A DNA stretch of 64,000 bases from Eledone cirrhosa (lineage: Eukaryota): assembly GCA_964016885.1 (NCBI GenBank), contig OZ024740.1:173476001-173540000 (forward strand), written 5' to 3'. The notes beneath the pieces are model-generated. The model did no database searches and was not told where the DNA came from. It worked only from the letters and a program-made list of their open reading frames with translations. Within the stretch, counting starts at the first letter, position 1. Each line of letters opens with the position of its first letter. Positions 1-12,700 of this stretch are shown piece after piece. Position numbers and translations under genes: made by a program.

Positions 1-419
1 ACAACATTAGAATGCAACAGGCATTCCCTACAGATTACTCAAAAGTGTAGTATTTATAAATTTGCGACAGTTGTTTGTACCAGTGATGGTAGTCAATATA
101 AAGTTATTTTAACAAAAACTATTACACACTTCTAACAGTAGTATTCTAGTCTATTAAATATGTGAAGCAGCTGTTTCTATAACCTGCAAAGACCTATTTA
201 AATGCAAATGTAGAAAATTTAGAGGAAATTATATTGTGCAGGGGGCTCATAATTTATGGCAGGACACAGCCAAAGAGCCAGAGATATGTGCTCTAGAAAT
301 AAAAGTTTGACAATGTTTTATTATTAAAGGTTTTATCACACCATTAAAAAGGCCAATAATCAAATAAATTATCCACTTAGTTCAAAAAATAAAGCAAAGT
401 TTAAACTCTGCTTCTTGAA

Positions 420-512
420 ATCTGTCTCCACTACTTTGTACCATGTCTTTCTAGCTCTCCTTCCACAGGTTACATACACTTCAAATACTTAACACTTCTT
501 TATACAACTGCC
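420..512 (-). mobile_element. Short relic of RTE LINE C-terminus
   Basis: Minus strand reads GSCIKKC*VFEVYVTCGRRARKTWYKVVETD, matching the ..KKC..GRGRPRKTW.. end of the RTE ORFs later in the window. Confidence 0.5.
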
Positions 513-514
513 CC

Positions 515-2200
515 TATATACTTCTACACTTGCATAAGTTGCATGGGTTCTTTTTAGCACAGCATCTCCCCACTCGCTGTGTTCCTTCATCATCTACTCT
601 GTGAGTCTCAGTGATTTGCGATCAGCTCTCACCACCTTTGCCCTCATTTTCCTTGGTGTACATTCCTTCCATTGGGATTTCCTGGTGCATCTTCACCCAG
701 CAATCATCATCCATGCACATCATGTCAGTACCAACACAGTCTTCTCTCTTGCATACAACTTCAGATTACACTTAAACTCAGTTTCTTTCTCAGTCCATCC
801 AGATTCTGTCTTTCTCTCACATTTACATAGCACATCCAACAAAGCATGGTTGCTTCATTTCTCTCCAGCCTACACAGGTCTTCTGCAGTCACTGCCCATG
901 CAGTGAAACTTTGCACACAGGTGTCATACAGCTGCCCTTTGGCATGTAGGGAGAAACTTTTTATTGTCAACAGTGGGAGTAGCTCTTTAAACTTCTTCCA
1001 TCCTATCCTTATTCTAGCTATTATGCTCTCAGAGCACTCTCTTCCACTGCTAATTACATCACCTAAATAGAAGAAGCTATCAATCACTTCTATGGATCCT
1101 TCATGTGATTAGAAAAAGTTTATATCACTGACACTACCCATTGATTACCCCTGTGCATCTTCATACAAAGTCTTCCCTTCCCGATAGTCTACCTGATATC
1201 CCACTATATCTCTCATTTACTCAAGATTTACATTGTGCACATCATATAAAGTTTATGCCTACTCCTTTTCTACATATTGAGCAAGGCCACTTCCCTGAAG
1301 GAATCAGGATCCTATCTTCTTTCCTACTAACTAGCACTTTAGTTTTGGCTAAGTTTATGCTCAGACCTTTGGATTCCAAATTTTGTTTCCATAGGCATAA
1401 CTTATTCTTTAGTTCTTTTATGGACCAGATAATTACATAGAGCAGTTCACATGGTCAGCGAGTTTTAAACTCCTCTGTTATGACCTGGAGAACTATGATG
1501 AACAACAGTGTGCTGAAAACTGAACCCTAATGAACTCTTATTTGTATCTTGAATTCCTCATTAAACTCACTTCCAATTCTCACTTTAATAACAGCTCGTC
1601 TGTACATGGCATGCACTGCTCTCACAAGCCATTCTTCTAGACCTAATTTCCTTAAGGACCACCAGATAATAGATTGAGGTATTCTGTCAAAGGACTTTTC
1701 TAGATCAACAAAAGCTAAATATAGCAGCTTATTCTTGGCTAGGCATTTCTTTTGTAATAGTTTCACTGAGAAGAGGTCATCTGTAGTACTTTTCCCAGGT
1801 ATGAAACCAAACTGCATCTCATCTAATTTGACTCTTTCCCTAATTAGCTGTGCTATATCTCTTTCCATCACTTTTATAACTTAGTCCATTAGTTTTATTC
1901 CTCTATAGTTGCTCCTTTCTAGAGCATCACCTTTACCCTGGTGACAATTTATGATTGTACTACTATGCCAGTTGTTGGGTATTACTCCGTCCTGTATTAC
2001 CTGATTCACTATGCAGGTCACTAGTTTAATTCCAATTCCTACTTCTCCCAATGCTTTCAGCATCTCAGCAACTATCTCTGACAGTCTTGCCTTTCTTCAT
2101 CTTTATTGCTTCTTGTTGGGTAAGTTGGGGGTAGTCTTTCCTCCTCCCATTCATTCTCTACATTCAGCAACCTTTCATAGTAATATTTCCAGGCCTCTTT
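515..2200 (-). mobile_element. Decayed 5'-truncated RTE LINE (family B), RT with PHD remnant
   Basis: ORF fragments 1881-2063, 1527-1871 and 761-1087 give [29 protein letters not shown] and FYLGD..RIGWKKFKELLPLL, collinear with the 49826-52105 element; many stops and frameshifts. Confidence 0.92.
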
Positions 2201-2221
2201 CTTGAGTCAAGTAAAACGAAT

Positions 2222-2493
2222 AATGTACCCAGTCCATGCTATAAAGTGGTTAGTGATAGGAAGAGCATCCAGTCATAGAACTATTGGCAAACAAAGGGCT
2301 GGGAGGAGCCTTCAGTTGTGTCAAAGACATGGCAACCTCTCCTGTGAACTCAATAGAAAATGAGACCATACGTAAGCAAGATGCAGACCCACAGTCAGTA
2401 TCCCTGCTTCAGTACTGACTTGGTATATGTAGACTTGTCCAACCCTTGTTAGCAGGGAAAGCAGATGTTAAATTGTTAAATGATGATGATGAT
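2222..2493 (+). mobile_element. Non-autonomous RTE-tailed short element
   Basis: AAAGTGGTTAGTGATAGGAAGAGCATCC motif plus GTCCAACCCTTGTTAGCAGGGAAAGCAGATGTTAAA and (TGA)n tail, shared with the LINE 3' ends in this window. Confidence 0.75.
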
Positions 2494-2768
2494 TTATATA
2501 TATATAGATTAGTACTTTACTAGTTTCAGTAATAAAACTACTGCCATGCTGGAGCACCACCATCAAAAGTTTAGTCAGTCATATTGATCACAAACACCCA
2601 GTCGAAGCTGCCAGGTGGTAGTGCCCCCAGACAACAAACCTGCTACATGCCATGAAGTGGTTGGCATTAGAAAGGGCAGAAACCATGAAACCATGCCAAA
2701 ATGGAACATGTGAACAAGGCAGAGTCATCTGTAATGATGATGATGATGAGGACGATGATTATGATGAG

Positions 2769-2799
<31 letters not shown>

Positions 2800-3371
2800 A
2801 GCAGACACAGAAACATATGTCAAAGCAAATAAATTCATAATAATATTACAATCTCTTCACGCCAATGTTTTATTTTTCTTGGTGCAATACTTGCTTATAT
2901 TAATATATATATATATATATATATAAACTTCTAACATAGTACAAAAGCAACCACATATATAAATATATAAATAAATGCACTTATCTCCCCTATTCTTTAA
3001 AGTATGGCTACATTTATAACAACTATTCCTTACTTATTCCCAACCTATTACCACTACATCAGTCTTATAATATGACTTATTATTTGGTAAAATCTTTTTA
3101 CTGAAGATATAAAAGCAATTGTTGACCAGACTCAGTCAGTGGGTTCATTTATATATTGTCCCTGATAGCTAGCATAAGTTAACACCACCACAATAAAAGC
3201 ATAGAAAATGTATTATACTCAATGCCTGTGATAACAAAACACATTGTGAGAATATGATGGGTTCAACATTAAATTGGTTAGCAGACTTCCCAGTTTGTTA
3301 TTTATCTAAACATGCATGAAGAACAAACTACACTATAAGCACACAGGAGCCAATAAGAGAGATTGTTTACA

Positions 3372-3545
3372 GTACCTGAGCCTGCTAGAAATAGCAGCTA
3401 AAATATCTGCTGTCTTTAAAAAGAAGGACATAAATAATGTGGCCGAAGGTATGCTAAGTCAGAATAAAAGAGAGAATTGTTTTGGCTAGAATGCCATTGA
3501 TCAAAAATTTGCTCATCAGAGTTTACCTGGTACTCAACAACAAAA
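3372..3545 (+). mobile_element. SINE-like 3' segment
   Basis: CTGCTAGAAATA..GAAGGACA..TTGATCA motifs recur at about 16530-16690; ends in CAACAACAA. Confidence 0.5.
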
Positions 3546-3783
3546 ATGTATGTGCACCCCACAGACACATACAGCTGACAAATCATAAAATAAACATTTA
3601 AACATTTTCAATAGATAATTTGAAGCACAAACACAATATGCTCTTACTAGCTTTCTAAAAGCAAGCCATTTGTTACAAAGGAAAATTTTGAAGAAAGAAA
3701 CCATATGAAATCAGAAAGCAGTTTGGCCAAATAGCTAAATAGAGAATAGTACAAATTTGAAAAATAATAAGAAGCATCCTCAC

Positions 3784-4021
3784 CTGGTGGCCCAGTGTAT
3801 GGCCGAGTATGTGAAGAATCTGAAGGGTTGGAATTAAAGGTAGTAGGAGGTGTTGCAGCAGCAGTAGCTATCTTCCGAGGACTACCACTCTGAACAGTTG
3901 AACAACTATCATTTAGGCTTGGTGCATCTTGAAGCATTTCATTCAAATCTTTTTCAAATGTGTCCTCCTCGTTGTCTGGTGCACCATTGGAAATAGCACG
4001 TTGGGGGGTTTCAGCTGACAT
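3784..4021 (-). CDS. ARFIP2: Arfaptin-like protein (ARFIP1/2 family), probable first coding exon (exon 3784-4025, 79 codons + 1 nt)
   Basis: MSAETPQRAISNGAPDNEEDTFEKDLNEMLQDAPSLNDSC resembles the arfaptin N-terminus as I recall it (human ARFIP2 [23 protein letters not shown]). Acceptor tttcttgatttcag|AAGCATG and donor CCAG|gtgagg are both visible. The AH/BAR-domain exons are not seen and would lie before base 1. Confidence 0.75.
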
Positions 4022-6539
4022 GCTTCTGAAATCAAGAAATTTTAAAATGATATATTTCAAAAACTGCAGCAATATTTCAACTATTGTTCTCCTAAATACA
4101 ATCACAAACACTAACTTCTGGCCTCAAGAAATAGGAATAGATAAGCAATTTCTTTTGTACAGGACCTGGCGTGATTTACTTTTTGTTTTGGAAACTCAAG
4201 TTGCCAAACTGTCAATGACAACAGGATTCTCATAAATAGTCTACTCCCTGTTATCCACCAGTCAATTCAGTTCAGTTGTTCCAGAGGTTAGAACATGTAG
4301 TTACTAACAGATACTCATCTCAGCCCTTTTGGTCCATGAGCAGAGATAGCCATACTTCAATTCAATTCCAACAAAAGTTAGTTCCATGCATCTTTTCAGA
4401 CTACTACAGCATTCACATAAAACCAATCACACAAACATAACACACAATTTCATTTTGATTCTTTGTTATTTTTCTTGTGTTATCATAATAACTTTGACCT
4501 AAGTTATTTTTAAATAAAAATTATTGAAGTAGCAATGTTTGTTATTGTTCATTAAATATTGCTAATGGCTGCTTTCACTTTCAACTACATGCTATGGCAA
4601 TCACACATCTTAACTCACTGAGACACACACACAATTCATTTGCCATAAGTCACAAACATTCACAAAACACTTTATATGGAAGAGAGAGCAACATGGAAAA
4701 CCCATCAAACCAAGTTACTACTACAAATTCTGCCACACTACAATGAACAACTGACCAACCAAATCACAAATACAAACTACACCTAGTCAAAACAAACAGT
4801 CGTCATAACAGCTGCTATATTTGGTGACATAAACGTCTTAAAACCCTCTACATATATATAAGTGTGTGTGTGTAAGGAAGGGTGTTTATGTACACATGTA
4901 CATCGAATGATCAAACATTAACTGAATGAGTAGTGAATACATCAAAGAAAAGGGTGATAGCAATGGTACCTCTCCAAACTGTAGTTTAATGAGGCACCAT
5001 CACAGAAATTTCAAAGTCATAAGCCACCTTTAAAGAAAAAATAACAGCACTGAACCTTTTATTATTTTCGTTTTAAAAGAGAAGCTGTTAATATACACAA
5101 TACTAGTAAAACAATTCATAGTCTTTAATTTAGTAATTTAATCAATTAATCAATGTGCCATTTTAGTTAATTGCATTGGAAAAAAAAAGAAAAAAAAGAA
5201 AACCTAGTCAGTTAAAAATACAGGTTACTGTTGAATAAAATCTTCAAACTGCTCTAAATACAACAGTTACTATAAAAATAAACAAATTGAATGAAAACAC
5301 TATGTTCAGCTAGAGACTCTAAAATACTACCAATATGGTCTACCAAGAAACAGTTTAACAAGTAATTAATCATTCATAACAACATCAAAAGAATATTTAA
5401 GTAATTAATACTGCTGACACCTTACTTGTCTGAATGATGCATTTATACAGAAACACTAAGCAGATGATGCACACATTCACCCACTCATTCATTTGCATAC
5501 ACATAAAGAAGTAATTGTCGAGAATAAAGTACCAAATTTGGAATGATACGTTGAAAGAAAAGTTCTTCCATTCATTCATCTATGCAACAATTGCATTACT
5601 AAAGTTTGTTTGTTTGCATTTTTTTTCAATTAATGACAGAACTCAATTCTTAACATTTTTAAAACCTCAAGATAGTGTTCCAGTTACAAAAGAAAATTTT
5701 GTATTGCATAAAAAAACAATAATTCAATATTATTTTGATAGTTAAATAATAATTGATGGTGTGATTTCTCAGCAATATGAAACAATAATATGAGATGAAA
5801 AGGTATACGAAGCATAAAGCTGTTTTTTATTGTTTACAAAATGTGATAACAGGAATAAAAATGTGTATTAGAAATTGAATCATTGATATCTATAAAATAT
5901 ATATTACAAAACTATATTATAAAATATATTCTATATATAATTATAAGATATACTAGTGGGCCTCATGATTCACATATATACTAAAAGTTATTCATATGCA
6001 AACTTATTTGAAGGAATGGGATAAAATGTCAATGGAGTTTCAATCCCCAACAATAGATGAAATGAAGTGGAAGAGATGGGAGGTTTCCTAGATGGATGGA
6101 TATCTGGCAATTGGAATCCTTCTAAATCTATGTTATTAGGAAATTAGAAACCAATATTGCACTAACACACATTGGTATATTACTTATATTTGATGCAAAT
6201 ATAGAAAAACTTAATACAAAATAACTATGACCATTGTCTGAGCAACACATTTAGTAAAGGTAAAATCAGATTCAAATTTTAAATAAACAGCTTTCCACTT
6301 TTCTCTCTTAACATCTCTTTCCTTGCACCTCCCTCTTTTCCTTTTTTAATGTATGTCTCTCTTTCTCTATCTCTCTATTCCCCTTTTCTTTCTATCTTTC
6401 TATTCCTGTTTTTCTTCCTCCTTTACTTTTGTCATGAAAATCCTATCCTATCATGCATCATCTCTCTCTCTCCCTCTCTTTCAGCACAACACAACAGAGC
6501 ATCTACGAGTAACACAAGTAGAAAATATTTATTAGTAAA

Positions 6540-6542
<3 letters not shown>

Positions 6543-6598
<56 letters not shown>

Positions 6599-6613
6599 AA
6601 GAGAGAGAGAGAG

Positions 6614-6670
<57 letters not shown>

Positions 6671-6681
6671 AAGAGAGAGAG
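6543..6681. repeat. (GA)n microsatellite
   Basis: Direct reading. Confidence 0.97.
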
Positions 6682-7339
6682 CAAAGCCTACATAAATTTT
6701 ATAAAAAGTAACACTTGGAAAATAATTATAGACATGCAAATACATTATTATATTGAAAATTATATTACAAAATATCTTTTATATATAAACCTATATTTAG
6801 GAAATATACATGACAAAAAAAATAGAATAATTAAGTGCCAAATAAAAATTCCTTGCAGTATTTGATCAAGTTTTTCTATGTTTTGAATTCAAAAGCTGCC
6901 AAAGTTAACCATCTTTCATCCTTACAAAGGTCAGTAAAAAAAAAAATGCCAGTCAAGTACTGAATTCAATAAAGTCAACTATACCCATTCCCTAAATTTG
7001 TGGCTTTGTGCTTATATACAAAATTCATATTAACAATATTATGTTTAACATAAACTTGATTGCCGGTTTAAACAAAGGAACCAGCCTAAAAATCCTGATA
7101 TTAGAAATCAAGCAGATTTAAAACTAATACAAAATAGGACTCATGCTTTCAATATGGAATACTGTAATAATTATTAGTTTATCTTACAGTTGATTATTTT
7201 AATAAACCTATGTTCTTTAGAGTAAAGGCTATTTTTAACAATGTAAATAATTATTCTTATTTTTATAATAACATTGTTTTTATATTATCCAATGTGTATC
7301 CTATCATTTAAAATAGATACACCATACCCTGCATGTCAT

Positions 7340-7472
7340 TCAAGATGATGTCTAAAAGATTTGGCATCAGAAAAGGCATCTGGCTGTAAGGTACTACTTC
7401 AAAAATGTGTGTCCAACCCATGCCATCATGAAAAAAATAATGGTTGCAGGTTGGGTGATGATGATGATGATG
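7340..7472 (+). mobile_element. Non-autonomous RTE-tailed short element, degenerate
   Basis: TTGGCATCAGAAAAGGCATCTGGCTGTAA..GTCCAACCCATGCCATCATG..(TGA)n. Confidence 0.6.
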
Positions 7473-9110
7473 AACACCTATAGATAGCTTAACAAAAAAT
7501 TAAAACCAACAGACTCCTATGAACAATAAAAATAAATGACAGAACATCAGCTTTGAAGCAAACAAGTAAGAAAAATTGTCAAGATACTTCACTTTAATTA
7601 ACCTCATCACAGCTACTAAGTCAAAAGTCAATATTTGATATATTCCTAATTTTATAAATTTCTAACCAATAATATTTAGACAGTGGAAAATCAAATAATA
7701 TTCAACTATGTGCTTTCTCTTACATGTATTTCAACTTTAGAATGGCTTCACCATGTAATAATAACAAATGAAAAAATAATATCTCAATAAAAATAAAATA
7801 CTTTTATAGATTCACACATGTTATTGTTGTTTAGCCCAAGGTCAACTCTCACTGAGAAGATCTATGGCATGTCAATAGTCAATCGAACAATCAGGTGAGA
7901 TCTGCAGCTTCATTGTTCCAGTTTCTGCTATTTAGAAATGCTGTATGTTCTTTCTGTTCCAGAAATATAGTTTGTAAAGTCTACAATGTATGATGCCAGA
8001 AGTAAGAAATGCATTTCAAAATAAATGGATAAAAAATGTTCAAATATTCTACTTTTACTATGTTTGTGCAATGATACTGGTTATTCATAACAACTGTTTA
8101 CTTTCAGATTTCACTGAAACAACCAACCAGCCTTGGCTTCTCAAAACAGTGATCTTTGTAAAATGAATGTAAAAAGTGTGATACTGAATTTTGAACTATG
8201 TTGTAAACCCCACTTTATATAAGATAGTGAACAACAACCTATTCCATGATTTTATATATCTTAATTTTATATATCATCATCATTGTTTAATGTCCACATT
8301 TCAAGGTTGGTTTAGCCTAATCTTTCACCAGGCATATCTGTATAAAATTAATTTCATCAAATTCTAAAATACATTGTTAGGTTTCATTTCTGGGTTAGGG
8401 GAATTTGGTGGAAAAGATAAAAAAATTAAAATAAGGACCCATACAGAATATACCTATATAGCTTAACTAAAAGAACAATATTTTTTTTAAATGGAAAAAA
8501 GAAATTCATGCCAGCTAATAAATGTATTTTTCCTTTTACACGCCAGCAAAATTATCAATAGTTAATAAGGATTACAAGTATTTATTTCAAACTTTGCTAT
8601 ACAGATGATACTTTCCTAAGCTAAACATAGGTACCTTTCCAATTTTCTGATTGAAGTTAGTAGCAAGAAAAGAATTCATCCATGTGATCAAAAACTACAG
8701 ATACATGCTAACATGAATAAGATCTGTGTGAAGCAATACAGGTTTTTAATAATAATTAGTCACACATGAAATGTTTTGTTCTCATAGTACTTAGAAATTA
8801 GGTCTGTAAACATAGTTTAACTAGATCAATTTGCTTCATAGTAGTGACTAAATAAGAATAAGAATTAAAGAAACAAGGGAAACTAACTACATACTAGAAA
8901 TAACACCATACTGAACCAACTTAGCTATTTTAATCTATTTAAGTCACTAAAAATAAAACATTTCCCAGAACAAACTACAAAACTAATAATTATCAACTGG
9001 GAAACAGATCTACTTGCACAGTACATGTAGCTAACATACAAAAAACTGCACAGAAACTAACCTTGCCCTACATACACACACAGATAAAAGTCATCTATAC
9101 AGATCTTTGA

Positions 9111-9299
9111 CCCTTTCATTATCTTATTTATAATGAAATACATAGTATTTTAAATTCTTGAAGAATTTGGTGGGATTTGCCAAATTTATTAATTACTTAA
9201 TTACCAAGGTGGTGTTTGTAACAAAAACGGATCATATATCAAATAGTGTTAGTTAGGAACCATATAAAATTGATTTGGATAGGTTGGTATCAAAAAGGG
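9111..9299. mobile_element. Degenerate piggyBac-like MITE
   Basis: CCCTTTC..AAAAGGG ends; interior similar to 31203-31423; TTAA sites decayed. Confidence 0.5.
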
Positions 9300-10239
9300 C
9301 AAAGAAAAATATTCTATTTTCAACTTGGAATTTTTGTCTATTGACCTAATTCTTGAAAGCAGATTAAAAATGATTTTGTAAAACTGTTTGCAAAGGCTAC
9401 CAACTGTTTCTAATCACAGCAAAATACAATTGAAATATTTCAGACTATTCTCAATGGAATAAACATGCATTTAAATTAACAACTAAACCAATATTTAATG
9501 CAGCTTTTGCTCAGGATGCTGCCAACCATACTCAGTGGGGGATACCTCATTTCTCAAATGTACAAATCACAACTAACAAGCTTAGAAAATAATTCATAGA
9601 TATTTTAAAAGAAAATTAGTTAGGAGTGCTATATACTGCTAACATTAAAAAAAAAGGAATGCTTAGTCACTACTCTACATTGTTTTGGTTTGTTTGATGC
9701 TTTAGTTTTGTTTTGTTTGTTTTTTTTATTTTCCATCATCATTATCATGCCTAAAAAGAAGAAGAATGGAGATACAGACTCCTCAAACGGCAGTGAAAAC
9801 AACTTAAAGAGAGCATTAACTCTGAATAAAAACTTATACAGAGTAGAAGGGACAACTTGGACCTGGTATGCAAACTTTCATGAGAAAATACACCTAATTT
9901 GTTATAAAATGATTGGCAACAACAAAAACATCCAGTACTAAAAATAATGCAAAAAGTTAAAAACATACCATACACAACAACAAAGATTGATAGTTATCTC
10001 TTCATTGTGTCTGTCGGATGATAAAGAACTGTAACAGGCCCATCTAACTCATGCTAGGCTGTAGAAATGGATGTAAAATGTTGATGAGGATGATTATCAT
10101 TGAAGCTGGCATACTCAGTGAAAGTCATCTCATTGGCAGCACTACAGTATGTCAATAGCTAAATATCCCAGTATTCCTGTCTATATATTATGTAGCATTT
10201 TTATTTGTCTCAAATCTAGAGGCTCATTAGATAAAAAGT

Positions 10240-10461
10240 TTATCCCAGTTTTGTGAAGTTGTAAGTGACAGTACAAAACACCAGTCCATCACAAGGTTAA
10301 GCTCCAGCTTCTGTTACTACTAAGAACTCATTTTTCCAGCTGAATAAAATTGGATAACATGAAGTGGTTTTCTCAAGGACACAATGCTTTGTCCATTCTA
10401 GGAATCAAATTCATCTCCTTATGATCATGAGATCAAGACCCCAACCAATAGGCCATGTGCT
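10240..10461 (-). mobile_element. Old tRNA-derived SINE (CORE-like)
   Basis: Minus strand: GCACATGGCCTATTGGTT (A box), TTTGATTCC (B-box-like), GTGTCCTTGAGAAAACCACTTCA; related copy at 28375-28597. Confidence 0.6.
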
Positions 10462-10677
10462 TTCAAAATAGTAACATGCAGGAACAATTCTCATTGTTGT
10501 GGGTGGGATTAGCATTGTATAATTGATGAGTGTTTATCTTAACAGTGATTAATCCAAATCTTACCATAGTCATAAAAGAAAGTGCTCTACAACAATGCCC
10601 CCAATCCATTATGGGACAGTTTATCTTGAAATGTGGTAAATTAGACAAACAAGAGCAAACAGGTATAGATTATTTAA

Positions 10678-10859
10678 CCCTTTAGCATTTATATATACTA
10701 TTGTATTTTTGTGGTAATTATCTCACATAGTATAAATCTATGAGATTTTTATATTATTATAATACTTTAACATCAGTATGAGTGGCTAGTTATGGCCAGT
10801 TTGAACAGAAAGAGGTGAGATAATTCTGGCCGGATACGGCTGGTTTAAATGCTAAAGGG
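10678..10859. mobile_element. piggyBac-like MITE
   Basis: TIRs CCCTTTAGCATTTA / TAAATGCTAAAGGG; TTAA on the left, TGAA on the right. Confidence 0.75.
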
Positions 10860-11899
10860 TGAAAGTAAATAGTTTGGTGCCTCAAAGTTCCTGTCATGTC
10901 AGAACTGATTTATTCCCCTTTCACGCAGTAATAACAACAGGCGTATCAGTAAGATATTGCAATCAATACAATCAACTACCAACAAAACTGACTGTGTTCT
11001 GACAAAAACAGAAAAGAAAGCCTTATCCTTACTGTTGCCTACACAGCAGAATATACAAAACACCCCAGAGGGAAATAGCAGATAATTTTGAATAACTGAC
11101 AAATGGGCATTTTTTGCTTCAGTCTAATTTTGAAAGTAGGGGATATATAATCATCTATCTATACATCAAAAAATATTTTAAGAATTGGTCATGGAAACAT
11201 CATGAACATAATGGAATTATTATACTTATACTTATTGAAAGAGTCTTAAATATGTCCACAAGTTGTATTTACTTTTCTTTTGTTGCATACTACCACAAAA
11301 GTTCTATTTATATCTTGTTAATTTCTGCTGCCTTTAATACATTTACCCAAAGATGTAAGGCACACAATTTAGATACATCTGGTGATAGTTTCATGAATTA
11401 ACTAACCCTTTATACCACATACACAACTGTTTCTTACATCTGACAGCAACACACACATATATTGTCTATTTATATGAGCACATTATTGCTTTCTACATCT
11501 ATAAAAACCAACTTCTGTGATAACAATGAATCCATAAAAAATATCTAGTCACTTCACATCAGGTAATGCAACAGTGACTCATCTTTGTAATATGAACCTT
11601 TTTCAGTTGCATACAACAATACAACATAATCTGCTAGAGTCATAGTTAGGTAATACTGATTTGCCAAACTGTACATGTATGCCACATCTATATGAAGATA
11701 AGTTTATAAATAGCTGAAATAGAATGCAGGTAGAAAATTATAAACAAGTATACTATATAAAAAAAATGAAACCTCGTCTATCCTCATGTAAAGATGGAGA
11801 AGATAGCTACTCTTTTGGAATACATAAGCATGAGTTTCAGTGAGACTCAACAGCTCATTTGTCAATACTGAGAGGAGCTGTGCTTACAGCAAAGTATCA

Positions 11900-12700
11900 A
11901 AACATCAATTTTACTGTGCTCTAATCTGAACAACACTAGTTTATATCTTCATGGATAGGGCTATTAAGAACAAAGTGTTTAAGATTTAGACAAAACAAAA
12001 TACTTATACAAGATACAAACCACTAACTCATATGCAGTTGGTTGTCCAGTAGGCTAGTGACCCAGCTATTTACAGTTTATTTATATATCATATAGATAAC
12101 ACTATTTGTACTTGTTCTATTCAATTGTATGCTCAACTGATTTTGGCAATAGTTCAATTTGTTCTGAAATGTCACCAGATTTAGCTATAAAAAGAAGTTT
12201 AATCTTGAACATTTTTGTAATGACTTCAAGAATTAGTATGAACAGGATCTTTTGCCAGACTTCCATTCTATGATTTTTTTTCCTAAGTATATTTGATTAC
12301 TAGCTTTTTATATTGCTTGTCGGTACAGTACCCTGCTATTCCACCTTTTCAAATATGGTATTTATCTCTTCTAGATTCATTTGCTATTCCAGCACCATGT
12401 TACTTACTGCTTAGCTCGACCTCTGCTCCATCCACAAAATTAATCAACAGCTACAGTAGGTGTTGCAGAAATTCCCAACTCTCCTATAGATTATATTAAT
12501 TCTCTAAGTTTAAAATAAACTCTTGCAGATATGTATGTCATGCAGCTTCCACAACCTACTTGGTTTTTCATTCTACCATCATTATTTTCTGTCTGATCTC
12601 ACATATTGATCAAATCTACATGTTTTGATGCTATTTGAAAAAGTTAAACATTCCAGTAGCCCATAGTTGTATTTATAGACTCTGTATCCACTCACAACTC
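11900..12700 (-). mobile_element. Highly decayed LINE endonuclease relic (probably RTE)
   Basis: Faint APE-like peptides on the minus strand (..KSGDISEQIEL.., GISATPT, NQVG); boundaries uncertain. Confidence 0.3.

Noticed and set aside
5397-5579. Upstream coding exon for the arfaptin-like gene
   Set aside because: The donor is phase 1 in this ORF but the acceptor needs phase 2; no recognisable homology
6349-6745. RE-rich and SL-rich ORFs
   Set aside because: Translations of the (GA)n repeat
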